From the NCBI GenBank assembly GCA_965228855.1, contig CBDDIJ010000002.1:1376001-1440000 (forward strand): 64,000 nt of DNA, written 5' to 3'. Position numbers and translations under genes: made by a program. This document shows, one piece after another, positions 38,397 to 48,742 of the stretch. The notes below the pieces were generated by a model. That model did no database searches and had not been told where the DNA came from. It saw only the letters and a list, made by a program, of their open reading frames with translations. Position 1 is the first letter of the stretch. The number at the start of each line of letters is the position of its first letter. The DNA comes from Candidatus Obscuribacterales bacterium. GTDB taxonomy: Bacteria; Cyanobacteriota; Vampirovibrionia; Obscuribacterales; Obscuribacteraceae.

Positions 38397-40307
38397 CTAA
38401 ACCGGCTGACTCGCTCTGCCGAGCAACCATATCACCGTCCATGGTGGCACAGTGCCAAGCGCGACATCCGACGATGCATTCAAAGGAATTTGAAATACAA
38501 TATTTGATTCGTCAAATTCCGACTCTGAAAATAATGGGCTCGTGGCGCCCGCATCACTCAGATTGGCGATAAGTTTGAGTTCCTCACCGGTTGAGAGTGG
38601 ATAATGAACCTCGAGCAATCCCTCTTCGGTGATCGCCCAGGAGCGTTTATCAATCTCTATTTTATCGATAATGGGAACAATGGCGCTTTTCCGCAGAGCG
38701 ATCAAGCGCTTATAGTATTCGAGCCATTCTTGATGCTCCACGTCGAGTAAATCATCCCAGTTCAACTTGCATTTGTAGAATGTTTCTTTGCTGCATGGGT
38801 CCGGAATCAGTTTTAACTTGGCCGGATCTTTGAAGTCGTTGAATTTTCCGAATTCGCGTAAACGTCCTTCGCGGACACTGTTGGCTAGGTCGTCTGAGAA
38901 GTCGGCGAACCATACGAATGGAGTTGACGCTGCCCATTCGTCACCCATGAAAAGCATGGGCGGTGCCGGATTGAGAAGCAGAATCGCTACCATTGCGCTG
39001 ACCGCTTCGGTGTCGGCCAGGTGCGTGAGACGCTCGCCGAGAGCCCGATTGCCAATCTGATCATGGTTTTGAATGAACGCTATGAAACCGCCTGGTGCAA
39101 CTTCCTTACTTGGAGTACCTCTAAATTTTCCGTCGCGAAACGCGGATTTTTCACCTTGATATGCGAATCCCTCGGCCAGGCAACGACCTAGATGTTCCAC
39201 TGCGCTTGCTGGAGAGGCGTCAGCATCGTAGTCTTCATAGTAGCCCGAGTTCTCACCTGTGGCCAGTACGTGCATGGCATGGTGAATATCATCGTTCCAC
39301 TGCGCGTTGAATCGATCTTCGAAATCGCCCATGCCTGCGTCGAGCAACTCGGCCTTATTGTCGCCGTTTTCCAGCATCAAATGAATTTCGCGTTCGCCCT
39401 TGTATCTTGTTCGGACGTTTTCAGCGATCTCATTCAAAATGTGCTTTTTCGAGTCATCGCATATGGTATCAACGGCATCAAACCGCAAACCGTCGAAGCG
39501 ATACTCTTCTAACCAGTAGAGCACATTGTTGATTACAAACTGACGAACGATTTCATTATGGTCGTCGTCGTAGTTTATGCCGTTGCCCCATGGCGTGTGA
39601 TGTTTGGCACTGAAAAAGGATTTGGCGTAAACATACAGGTAGTTTCCTTCCGGACCAAAGTGGTTATATACGACGTCGAGGTAGACCATCAGACCGCGCT
39701 TGTGAGCCTCATTGATCAGCATCTTTAGATCTTCCGGGCGTCCATAGACACTGTCGGGTGCGTAGGAGAGTACACCGTCGTACCCCCAACCGAATTGTCC
39801 GGGGAAGTCTGATAGAGGCAGAATTTCGATTGCCGTGATACCGAGTTCGACCAGGTGATCGAGTTTGGAACCTAGGCCTTCGTAGGTACCTTCTGGAGAA
39901 AATGTGCCCAGGTGAGTTTCGTAGATAATGGCTTCTCGCCAGGGGCGCCCCTTCCAATTGTCGTCCGTCCAGCGGAAAGCTCGAGGGTCGATAATCTCGC
40001 TTGGACCGTGGACGTCTTTGGGCTGATACCTCGATGCCGGATCGGGCACGCGTAAATCGTTATCTATAATGAAATGATAGAGAACTCCCGGTTTAGCTTC
40101 GCTCGATGTCAGCTTGTACCAGCCGTTGCCAGCCTTCTCCATTGGCGTAATCTGCTCTTTATCCTTCAAATAAAGACAAAGGTCTACAGACTTGGCGCTC
40201 GGAGCGAACAGTCTGAATTCGGCGCCGCCTTCGTCCAGGAGTCGCGGACCGAAGGGCATCTCATGTAAGTGGCTTGACTTCTCGAGACTGGTATTTTGCT
40301 TTGACAT
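38397..40307 (-). CDS. treZ: Malto-oligosyltrehalose trehalohydrolase
   Basis: VPDPASRYQP.DVHGPS, WGYDGV, DVVYNHFGPEGNYL, GLRFDAV, QNHDQIGNRA. Confidence 0.93.
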   Translation of the reverse strand: MSKQNTSLEKSSHLHEMPFGPRLLDEGGAEFRLFAPSAKSVDLCLYLKDKEQITPMEKAGNGWYKLTSSEAKPGVLYHFIIDNDLRVPDPASRYQPKDVHGPSEIIDPRAFRWTDDNWKGRPWREAIIYETHLGTFSPEGTYEGLGSKLDHLVELGITAIEILPLSDFPGQFGWGYDGVLSYAPDSVYGRPEDLKMLINEAHKRGLMVYLDVVYNHFGPEGNYLYVYAKSFFSAKHHTPWGNGINYDDDHNEIVRQFVINNVLYWLEEYRFDGLRFDAVDTICDDSKKHILNEIAENVRTRYKGEREIHLMLENGDNKAELLDAGMGDFEDRFNAQWNDDIHHAMHVLATGENSGYYEDYDADASPASAVEHLGRCLAEGFAYQGEKSAFRDGKFRGTPSKEVAPGGFIAFIQNHDQIGNRALGERLTHLADTEAVSAMVAILLLNPAPPMLFMGDEWAASTPFVWFADFSDDLANSVREGRLREFGKFNDFKDPAKLKLIPDPCSKETFYKCKLNWDDLLDVEHQEWLEYYKRLIALRKSAIVPIIDKIEIDKRSWAITEEGLLEVHYPLSTGEELKLIANLSDAGATSPLFSESEFDESNIVFQIPLNASSDVALGTVPPWTVIWLLGRASQPV

Positions 40308-40317
40308 TTTTGGGCTC

Positions 40318-40815
40318 TCAACTCTCAGTGGACTTAGGTTTGTTAGCACATGCGGCGCCGAAGATTGGCGTCAGCAGCGAAATTAGCGCGAAGATAATTG
40401 TAGCGCCGAACACTTTCCTCGAGGATTCGTGGAGTTCTTGAAACTGAACGTGGGCGGCGGAGTCCGTTTTGATAGAGGGCAGCAGTTTTTCCATTGGTGG
40501 AACGATCGCGAGCGAAAAGACCATTGCTGTCACTATACAAATGAAGCTCGCAACCAGACGCACGAAGAATGCTTTCGTTTTCGGTTCCTTCAATACCGCA
40601 AGCACCTCGGCGATCAGCAGTGCGACAGAGGCGCCCAGGAGTATTTTGCCGTAGCTGACAAATGCGGGTGCATTTGCCGCAGCGGCTTCAGCGACAGGGA
40701 TGCCCTGAGCGGTTTGCGCCTTTACTAGAGTAACGGCAACGAAGACAACCATTGCTGAACCGCCAAACAGAATGGATAGTGAGATGGCTCTGAGAATTTC
40801 GCTTAGTGTTCGCAT
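40318..40815 (-). CDS. DUF4149-like four-TM membrane protein
   Basis: Four TM segments; FQELHESS motif. Confidence 0.6.
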   Translation of the reverse strand: MRTLSEILRAISLSILFGGSAMVVFVAVTLVKAQTAQGIPVAEAAAANAPAFVSYGKILLGASVALLIAEVLAVLKEPKTKAFFVRLVASFICIVTAMVFSLAIVPPMEKLLPSIKTDSAAHVQFQELHESSRKVFGATIIFALISLLTPIFGAACANKPKSTES

Positions 40816-40948
40816 GATGTTTCCGAAAGAAGCCGCTGTTGGCTGAGTACAATGCAGACTGGATCATACTCCTATGCCGCACGTGCTTAATGAATCGGAC
40901 CGTAATGTCAATTCCGGCTTAACTTATTGACAAGTTGGGTAGGTTTTT

Positions 40949-41668
40949 TTGCAGCCCCCAGTTAAAACCGTCGTGGAGAGTTTTGAAGTGCCGAGATTCA
41001 GACCCAATCAGAAGTACGCGATTTCGTTGGTTTTAGCCGCAATTCTCCTGGCGGTTGCTTCACCGGTGCTCGCCCAGGGGCAGGACCAGAAAACGGCTGC
41101 CGGGGCGATGGCTCTTCTTTCCGCGCTTCTCTATGCAATACCACCATGGGTGACGGGGCTTTTGCTTGATTTTCTGATCGTGCGTACTTCGGTGGTGCTC
41201 TGGAAGGGTCTTGCGACAGCGGTACTATCCATGGTGCTCGGTTATCCCAGCATCTGGTTTTCCATGTCGTCATTCTTACTAGTTCCAGGCGGTCCCGAGT
41301 CCACACTGGCCTGGGTTCTTTGCACGGTCTTGCTGGCACTCACCCTGGGTGGCGTCAAAGTGATTTCGTACTGGGTGGTCAACGAGAAATTCCCGTCGAA
41401 GAAAACTGCTGGATTACTCTTCGCAAGCGCAATCGGGATGGTAGTCGCTGCCTTTATTTGCCTTACATTCATGGGAAAACCTACAGAGCCCGGCGCTGCG
41501 AAAAATCCTTCATCCGCGGTTGTCGCGCCTGAGGCATCTGACCCAGCCGCCGTTCCGGTAGCTCAGCCGTCCGCAGCTAAGGACGCTGAGGTAAAAGAGA
41601 ATGACGAGCCCGCCGATTCATCCGCGGAAACCGGCGACGATGCAAAGCCGGGCACCACTGGAGACTAG
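40949..41668 (+). CDS. Membrane protein with acidic disordered tail, hypothetical
   Basis: Signal-like segment and about 4 TM; start uncertain. Confidence 0.55.
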   Translation: MQPPVKTVVESFEVPRFRPNQKYAISLVLAAILLAVASPVLAQGQDQKTAAGAMALLSALLYAIPPWVTGLLLDFLIVRTSVVLWKGLATAVLSMVLGYPSIWFSMSSFLLVPGGPESTLAWVLCTVLLALTLGGVKVISYWVVNEKFPSKKTAGLLFASAIGMVVAAFICLTFMGKPTEPGAAKNPSSAVVAPEASDPAAVPVAQPSAAKDAEVKENDEPADSSAETGDDAKPGTTGD

Positions 41669-42456
41669 ATGCCGCGGCTGTGATGCGCTCGGCACCACAA
41701 CAAGCTATCGCCTATTTTGAAAACGACCGCATTCTCACGCATCTCTGTGTCATAGTATGCGCGGGCATGGTGCTGTGTTTTTGTACCGGGTGCGTCGACT
41801 GCATGCAATAATTTTTTGATGTCTCCGGAAACGAGCTTGAATACGCGTGTTTCATAGATTCTGGTTATTCTGTTTTCGTCGCGAAGAACGATGTACGGAA
41901 GGTCGAGTTCACCAGAAGAAACTAAATCGAGATTGCATTCCAGCTTCTGACCCTGGGTAAACACCCAGGACGCATAGTGATACCACGTTTTCTGCTCAGC
42001 ACGATAGAAGGCCCAGCCGATGCCGATTGCAACGCCGATGCACAGCGCCAGAAAGAAGGGAAAGCCGAACATGGACGCCACTCCAAATCCAACGATTGCC
42101 ACCGGTAGCATTGTGATGTACGTGACCATATTTGCTTTCCGTTCCACTTTCTGGAAGTCACTGTGAAGCGGATATGCTTTCCAATTTTTCTTTTCCGTCG
42201 TTTCTGTTGATCGTTTCAATCCCTTTGCCGGAGGCTCGGCTCTTGCTGTGTCGGACGGCTGTTGCCGCGTTGGAGTCGCTGCCTCGGACTTCGGCGTTTT
42301 GGGTTTTTCAATTTCTTGTGAGCGTGAGCGCACCTGTTCCATCGAAACGTTGCGTGAAGACATGCACTCAGCGCAAATGAAATCATCTGCTACTGGTTTT
42401 AAACAGTAGGCGCAGCTGTTTGATTGTGTTTCTAAACTGTCCGGCATAACGCGCAA
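41665..42456 (-). CDS. Hypothetical membrane protein with N-terminal Zn-ribbon-like motif
   Basis: CAYC-x9-CAEC; two TM segments. Confidence 0.6.
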   Translation of the reverse strand: MRVMPDSLETQSNSCAYCLKPVADDFICAECMSSRNVSMEQVRSRSQEIEKPKTPKSEAATPTRQQPSDTARAEPPAKGLKRSTETTEKKNWKAYPLHSDFQKVERKANMVTYITMLPVAIVGFGVASMFGFPFFLALCIGVAIGIGWAFYRAEQKTWYHYASWVFTQGQKLECNLDLVSSGELDLPYIVLRDENRITRIYETRVFKLVSGDIKKLLHAVDAPGTKTQHHARAYYDTEMRENAVVFKIGDSLLWCRAHHSRGI

Positions 42457-42588
42457 GCCATGAATCTCTAAGTCTATTTGTCCCGCTTCTTAGAAATCGA
42501 AACAGTTAGCGATAAAGTTTTGATTACTGTGCTTGCCTCCGTTTCATCTCGTATTCGGTCGGGCATGGTCCTGAACGGAGGTAATCGA

Positions 42589-44010
42589 ATGACCAGGTCA
42601 AAATTGAAATTCTTGTTGGGGTGCCTTTCGCTGTCGATGACAGCGCTTCTATCTACCATACCGGTGCATTCTAAAAATCCTGTTCAATCGCGGACTGGAG
42701 CTAAAACTGCAGGTGGCAAAAAAGTGTCCGAACAAAATTTGATTGCGGCGGGAAATTCATTTGTCGATTTACTGATAGAGGAAAAATTCGATTCGGCAAC
42801 GACAAGATTGGATCAGCAAGTTAAGGCGGCTCTTCCAGCTCCAAAACTTCAACTTGCCTGGCAAGCGTTGAGCGCTCAATACGGTCCGTTCAAGAAACGA
42901 TTGAACTCTTTTGCCGAGCCGCTGCAAGGGCATACCATTGTATTTATACCTTGTCAGTTTGGCGACACAATCGTAGACATCAAAGTAGTGTTTTCCGGAA
43001 GTTCGATGGTTAGCGGGTTTTTCATCGAGCCTCATCGCGAAGCTACTAAATCGGCACCGTATGTGAAGGCAGGTTCATTTACCGAGGAGAAGGTAGTAAT
43101 TGGACGCGGGCGCTGGCAACTCCCCGGTTTACTGACTGTTCCCAAAGGTGAAGGTCCTTTCCCCGCAGCTGTTCTCGTGCACGGCTCCGGCCCTCACGAC
43201 CAGGATGAGACAATCGGCCCGAACAAACCTTTTCGTGACCTCGCTGAAGGTCTTGCTTCACATGGTATTGCAGTTCTTCGCTATGAGAAGCGGACCAAAG
43301 CGCACGGGAAGCAGATGACCGCCGACGATTTGAAGAAGTTCACCATCATGGATGAAACTGTTGACGATGCGATTGAAGCCGGTAATTTCCTGCGTACCAG
43401 ACCGAAGGTTGATAAAAACAGAATCATCGTAATCGGGCACAGCTTAGGTGGTTTCGTCGTTCCTCGTATCGCAGCAGGAGATAAACAGCTGCGCGGGTTT
43501 GTGCTGCTGGCGGCAAATAACGGACCTACCGAAGATGCAATTGCGCGGCAGACAAAATACATTTCAGAGCTTGACGGTCCTCAAAATGTAAGACCCGAGC
43601 TTCTCAAACAGATTGAAGAAGTGAGGGCGCAAGGTGAAAAAATCAAGAAATTGACAGCGGCCGATTTAAACAGCGGGACGATAATACTTGGAGCTGCCCC
43701 GGCTTACTGGTTGGATTTGAGGGCTCACGATCCGCTTGTGGAGATTAAGAACGTCAATCGCCCGATGCTGTTTATGCAGGGAGGGCGTGACTATCAAGTC
43801 ACCGCAGATGGTGACTTCGCTCGCTGGAAGGATGCAATGAAGTCTTCGGGAAAAGAGTCCTTATGCCAGTTTAAGCTCTATCCTGATTTGAACCATCTGA
43901 TGATAGCAGGACAGGGCAAATGTGTTCCGGCGGAGTATACGACTAAGTCAGGTAATGTAGACGAAGCCGTGGTGCAGGACATTGCGACCTGGATTAAAGA
44001 TTTGAATTGA
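42589..44010 (+). CDS. Exported DUF3887 plus alpha/beta hydrolase (esterase)
   Basis: Signal peptide; VHGSGPHDQDETIGPNKPF, GHSLGG, GGRDYQV, LNHL; GGAGGT SD. Confidence 0.85.
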   Translation: MTRSKLKFLLGCLSLSMTALLSTIPVHSKNPVQSRTGAKTAGGKKVSEQNLIAAGNSFVDLLIEEKFDSATTRLDQQVKAALPAPKLQLAWQALSAQYGPFKKRLNSFAEPLQGHTIVFIPCQFGDTIVDIKVVFSGSSMVSGFFIEPHREATKSAPYVKAGSFTEEKVVIGRGRWQLPGLLTVPKGEGPFPAAVLVHGSGPHDQDETIGPNKPFRDLAEGLASHGIAVLRYEKRTKAHGKQMTADDLKKFTIMDETVDDAIEAGNFLRTRPKVDKNRIIVIGHSLGGFVVPRIAAGDKQLRGFVLLAANNGPTEDAIARQTKYISELDGPQNVRPELLKQIEEVRAQGEKIKKLTAADLNSGTIILGAAPAYWLDLRAHDPLVEIKNVNRPMLFMQGGRDYQVTADGDFARWKDAMKSSGKESLCQFKLYPDLNHLMIAGQGKCVPAEYTTKSGNVDEAVVQDIATWIKDLN

Positions 44011-44019
44011 CGCCCGAAG

Positions 44020-45942
44020 TTAGTTCGTCACTTGAATGCTTCCAACCGGCGCTTCGAATAGCGCTTCCGGCTCGCCTGTTCCTATCCCGTTGAGGAAACG
44101 CAATTTCCGTTTTGTATCGGAGTCAACGAGCGAGAGGAAAACGTCATATTTGCCAGGTGTAAGTTGCGCAGGCGTTTTCAATTCCTCAGCCCACTGGATC
44201 GGTTTTCCCGAACTCCATGCGTTAGTCGGTGTTTCCGGCGTGTGCAGTAGGCGTGCAATTGGTTTGCCGTTCGTGTCGCGCAGCTCGAGCTGAACCTTAT
44301 AACTGGATGCTATATCCTTGTCGAGCTGCCGCGATGGCTTTAACGCCGATGCCGCGCCCAGGTTCAAGAACGTGAACGAGGCTTTGAGCGGGTCTCCGGC
44401 TTTCAGATCTTTCGGAAGTGAAACTTCTTTCGACACGATTTGATAACCCATTCGCTGCCGAATGTCGTGCATAGCCGTCTTGGTCGTTTCGTCGGCATTG
44501 TTGATGACGTCTATTGGAACTTCGCAGAAGCTGATGCCGTCTTCACCCGCTGCTTTCACGAGTTTCGGCATGTCTTTGACTGCAAAGTCGTTGGTCATGC
44601 GATATCCGGTGAGCGTGTCCGGATGGAACTTGAGCAGAAGCCTGTAATCGTCGAAGCCGTGGTGACCGTCTTTGACGCCGTGTCTGGTCACATAGATGCG
44701 TTGTCCGTAACGATAGACGAGATAGTCCGCTATCTCATCGAGACTGTCTTGACCTTTTCTGTTGAGAGTGGGCGGGCTCACATCGAAGTTAAGCCTGGTC
44801 ACGGTGAATGCTTTAGGGAAAAGATCGGCAACGTATTTCCAGTGTTCGATCAACTGGCGTTGCGTCATGCCGAATTGCTTTTCAAGAATTCTGGTTACTT
44901 CGCGTTTTGCCTCTTTGCCAGCCCCTTTGTCGTCGTCGTCGCTATCGGTAGACTTGCTTGCGCTGTCGTTGCTGGCGGTTTTGCTTGCATCAGAGTTAGC
45001 TGATTTATCGCCCTCCGTTTTGCCGGCATCGGCTTTCTCGGTGGTTACTTCCGTAGCGCTGTCGGTCGATTCCGAAGCGGCAGCAGTTTTATCCGCATCA
45101 GTCTTATCGGTTTTCTCGCTTGTCTCGTCCGCCGGTTTTTCAGCGGAACCATCGGCAGGGGCAGTACTATCAGTGGTGCCTTCCTTGCCTTTCTCCGGTT
45201 TCGCTTTGATTTCTGCGCCAATGGTTTGTTTCACTGACGTTACGAAATCGGGTATGACGTTCGTTCCACCGAGAACGCCACCGCCTGTGATGCCTATGCT
45301 GTGGATATTCGGATTCTTATCGTAAGTTTCACCGAGTTCGTTGATCAGGTTGGACCATTTTGCCAGATAGTTTGGATCCCAGAAGATCGGCATTTGATGC
45401 TCATTGCCATCGGTGCCAACATAAACGATCGATCTTGAAGTCGGATCTTGAAAGACCCAATCGGGAGTATCTGACTTGGCGGTATCGTCCACGCCGCAAG
45501 TCGACACTCGAAGGATCAAAGTTTTGTTTGCCTCTTTGCAAAGTTCCAAAAGAGAATCAATCGGTTTGAAATTGGTCTCGCCTTCTACAGGCTCAAGAAG
45601 TCTCCAGGGAAGCAACACTGAAATGCCGTTGACGTCCGGTTTTTGCAAAACTGACTTGATCGCTTCCGTGTCGCTTATCTTGTTCAAATCGACAATGGCG
45701 AAGAACCCGAGTTCCTTGTTTTCAACAGGCTTCGCACCTTCGACTTCAAGAGTTTTAAATCCCTTTTTCTTGATTACGCGGTCCTGCGATTTGTTTAAAT
45801 ACAGATTTTTTTCCGGTACGGGATTGAGGTATTTGAGGACCTCGACAGCTTTATTTTTGGCTTGTACAGCTGGGGAAAGTCCAATCGAGGATGCCACGCA
45901 GACTGCCAGTGCTATCGGGATTACTCTCGTTCCTTTAATCAT
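44020..45942 (-). CDS. Exported glycoside hydrolase-like TIM barrel (GH42-like) with DUF4832-like C-terminal domain
   Basis: WRLLEPVEG, LILRV, TPDWV, PIFWDP.YL, RMGYQI, PGKYDVFL. Confidence 0.6.
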   Translation of the reverse strand: MIKGTRVIPIALAVCVASSIGLSPAVQAKNKAVEVLKYLNPVPEKNLYLNKSQDRVIKKKGFKTLEVEGAKPVENKELGFFAIVDLNKISDTEAIKSVLQKPDVNGISVLLPWRLLEPVEGETNFKPIDSLLELCKEANKTLILRVSTCGVDDTAKSDTPDWVFQDPTSRSIVYVGTDGNEHQMPIFWDPNYLAKWSNLINELGETYDKNPNIHSIGITGGGVLGGTNVIPDFVTSVKQTIGAEIKAKPEKGKEGTTDSTAPADGSAEKPADETSEKTDKTDADKTAAASESTDSATEVTTEKADAGKTEGDKSANSDASKTASNDSASKSTDSDDDDKGAGKEAKREVTRILEKQFGMTQRQLIEHWKYVADLFPKAFTVTRLNFDVSPPTLNRKGQDSLDEIADYLVYRYGQRIYVTRHGVKDGHHGFDDYRLLLKFHPDTLTGYRMTNDFAVKDMPKLVKAAGEDGISFCEVPIDVINNADETTKTAMHDIRQRMGYQIVSKEVSLPKDLKAGDPLKASFTFLNLGAASALKPSRQLDKDIASSYKVQLELRDTNGKPIARLLHTPETPTNAWSSGKPIQWAEELKTPAQLTPGKYDVFLSLVDSDTKRKLRFLNGIGTGEPEALFEAPVGSIQVTN

Positions 45943-46132
45943 TTCAGCTCGCTCCGTCTTCGAATTTCCGGTTGGGTCGCAGATTATTTTCTCGCCGATT
46001 TATCGGCAGGCGCTTAGCAACTCGGTTTTAAACCTATGATTTTACTAGTAAAAGAATTTTATTCGGCTAAAAATGTTAGGATTTCATTCCTGAACTAGCA
46101 AGTTCAAAGGTTTCAACACCTCGAAAAGCGAG

Positions 46133-46900
46133 TTGGAGACCGGTTCTTTGACGCTCACATTCCTAGGTCACAGTGCGATTCATTTCGAGGCTCACGGTCT
46201 CGATATATTCGTTGACCCGTACTTAAGAGATCCGGTTGACCTGAACCGGCTTCCAAGAGGTCACGTGGTTTTATTCAGTCACGGTCACTTCGATACCGGC
46301 GTGCTGTTGGCTCCGATGCTTTATGAACGCTGGAAGTGCCAGTTTGTAGGTCCGAAAAAGCTGATCAACTGGATGCGCCGCAAATTTAAAAAGCAAATTC
46401 GGGTCGAGGACATGATCGCGATCGATCACGGACAGTCTCTTTATTTTGGCGACGTGAAAGTCACCGCGGTTCCTGCGCATCATCCTCTTAATCGGCTGGG
46501 GAAAACGATAATGGCCTTGTTCGCCCGCAGCAGGGCGCCGGCAAAGCCTGTCAACGGCTACCATTTCGCCGGTTACTATCACGCCGGCGCGACGATTTAT
46601 TCACCTGCGGTAGCCGAGGCCGTAAAGGGTTTAAACATTCACACTGCTTGCCTGCCGATTGGCGGCAAGTATGCGACCGCATCGCCAGCGGAGGCATTGC
46701 GTCTAGCCGAAGAGATCGGCGCCGAGCGCCTGGTGCCGATGCACTGGCAACCGTTGATGGACCAGGTTTTCTTCCGGTATCAACCCTCAGACTTGATTCG
46801 CCTGGCAAAAACAGAAAACAGCAAAGTCTCAATCTGTCCCTTGGCGATAGGTGAAACTCTTCAACTTGGCGCAGAAGCTAAAGACCCTCTGTTGACCTGA
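46133..46900 (+). CDS. Metallo-beta-lactamase-fold protein (UPF0173-like), degenerate metal ligands
   Basis: TFLGHS, VDPY, SHGHFDT, VPAHH, YHAGAT, LPIGG, VPMHW. Confidence 0.8.
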   Translation: METGSLTLTFLGHSAIHFEAHGLDIFVDPYLRDPVDLNRLPRGHVVLFSHGHFDTGVLLAPMLYERWKCQFVGPKKLINWMRRKFKKQIRVEDMIAIDHGQSLYFGDVKVTAVPAHHPLNRLGKTIMALFARSRAPAKPVNGYHFAGYYHAGATIYSPAVAEAVKGLNIHTACLPIGGKYATASPAEALRLAEEIGAERLVPMHWQPLMDQVFFRYQPSDLIRLAKTENSKVSICPLAIGETLQLGAEAKDPLLT

Positions 46901-47024
46901 GCGCTTAACCTTTCAAAAACGGTCTCCGAATCGCATATTGAGGGATCGTAATCTGGGTAGAACTATTTTATGGCGAATTACCTGGCGACTTTCACGGTCG
47001 GCAGGTCAGATAAATAAGTTGGCG

Positions 47025-48446
47025 ATGTTGCAAAACAAGGGTCAGGAAGAGAGAAACGCACAGTCCATGCCTAGGCAGGACTCGCCTCCGACTGTCGAGC
47101 AACTGAGTTTGATGCAGGCTCAAGCCGCCAGCAGTGGGCAAGTCCAGCAACTGCCTTTCGGTAAGATTCCCGAAGATTACCTGCTGAAAGTAATGTGTGA
47201 CCGTAATTCCGCGGCCTTCAAGTGGCGATTGGAGCGTCCTTCCAAGGGCTTGATCGAATGGGAAGAAGGCAATCGGGAAGTTCAAAATATCCACACGCTG
47301 ATAGTTCGCCGAGTGATGCAGGCGCAGACGCACTCGGAGCAGTTTCGCACCTTGAGAACCAAGGTTCACAAACCGACCCTGGAAGGCGAACTGCAAGATA
47401 TGCCGATGCCGAACCTGATTCAATCTATACAAATGAATAAAGGGACGGGGCGACTGGAAATCGAGTCGTCAAGCGGGGAAGCCTTCGTCTACTTCGTTCA
47501 GGGCGAACCGGTTCATTCAGTCTTCAACGACAGCGAAGGCGATGAAGGCGTGCTTGAGTTGATGAGTGTCTCGCAAGGCAATTTTCGGTTTTTCAAAGAA
47601 CCCAAGTGCAATGAAAAGACGGTGACCAGACCATTGCAGGTTTTGTTGATGGAAGGTGCCGCACTGGTCGACCATTTTGCCTTCCTCACAAAACTTGGAG
47701 TCGGGCTTGAGACCTTTCTGATTCGAAACCATGCCACCATGTCCGAGACGCTTTTCGAGCAGATGGTGAAGGACGGTTGTGGTGCGCCGATGGACACGCA
47801 GAAGCGTTTCTACCAGGAGGTTGATAATCAGAGCACTATCCTCGAGATTTTGCGGCGCGTGCCGCTATCGAAATCGCGCTGGGTTCCGATTGTCTTCAAC
47901 CTGATTTCGTGTGGATTGTGTTCCTATCGGGATCGTGTGCCTGACCTGGGCGCTACGTCGCGCGATGCGACCATCGATTGGACTCAAGTCAAGCGCGTGG
48001 AAAGCGTCTTGAGAAGACCGGATACGGGTGTTTATACCTACCCGGCGTTTCTACTTTTTCTGGAGAAAGAATTTTTCCGCTACGAAAGGTTCAAGACTCC
48101 GTTTGCCGTAATGACGCTTGATATCAAAGTCCGCCGAAAAGATTCAATTGAGCCCTTGCCGATGGAGGCGTTGAAAGAAGTTCTTGAGCGCGTCAACAAG
48201 CTCATTCGAAGGACCGATATGCTGTTTCATTACGAGACTCTTGGCTTTGCGATTCTGATGCCGGAAACAGGTTTTGAATCTGCCAAGATCTTTGCGTTGA
48301 GACTTGCTGAGATTTTAATGTCGAAGCATCTTGCCAACGAGAAAGGTTCGTACCCGATCGTGGCTTCGGTCGGCTTTGCCGCACTTCCGGACAGCTGCGA
48401 ATCTCTGGGAGCTCTTATTTCTCTTGCGCAGGCGCCGTCACGATGA
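47025..48446 (+). CDS. DUF4388 plus degenerate GGDEF domain protein
   Basis: LEGELQDMPMPNLIQSI..TGRL..YFVQGEPVH; DTGVYT..EFFRYER..IRRTDMLFHYETLGFAILMPET; start uncertain. Confidence 0.7.
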   Translation: MLQNKGQEERNAQSMPRQDSPPTVEQLSLMQAQAASSGQVQQLPFGKIPEDYLLKVMCDRNSAAFKWRLERPSKGLIEWEEGNREVQNIHTLIVRRVMQAQTHSEQFRTLRTKVHKPTLEGELQDMPMPNLIQSIQMNKGTGRLEIESSSGEAFVYFVQGEPVHSVFNDSEGDEGVLELMSVSQGNFRFFKEPKCNEKTVTRPLQVLLMEGAALVDHFAFLTKLGVGLETFLIRNHATMSETLFEQMVKDGCGAPMDTQKRFYQEVDNQSTILEILRRVPLSKSRWVPIVFNLISCGLCSYRDRVPDLGATSRDATIDWTQVKRVESVLRRPDTGVYTYPAFLLFLEKEFFRYERFKTPFAVMTLDIKVRRKDSIEPLPMEALKEVLERVNKLIRRTDMLFHYETLGFAILMPETGFESAKIFALRLAEILMSKHLANEKGSYPIVASVGFAALPDSCESLGALISLAQAPSR

Positions 48447-48742
48447 AAGTAGAAAGCTTGCGACTAGCAAAGGGGCCAATAATGTTTTGCATTTTGGAAA
48501 TAACGTGAACAATGTGGTCAGCTTTTCGAGAAACTGGGCACAATATGATCGCTTTTAGAAACCGAAGATGAAACTTTTAATACCATTAGTACTACAATTG
48601 AAGGCAATTTCTGGCAGCTTGGCAGTTAACTTCTGCGAAACTGCGTAAGTTCTGTCCAGCAAGCCGATCCCCGCGGCGTTTGCGCTTAGTATAATTTCGG
48701 GGTCTCCACCTAAATCAAAGGAGCAGAGGGAGTTTCAAAGAT

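Noticed and set aside
48447..48742. CIRCE element before dnaK
   Set aside because: TTAGTACT is present but the GAGTGCTAA half-site is not
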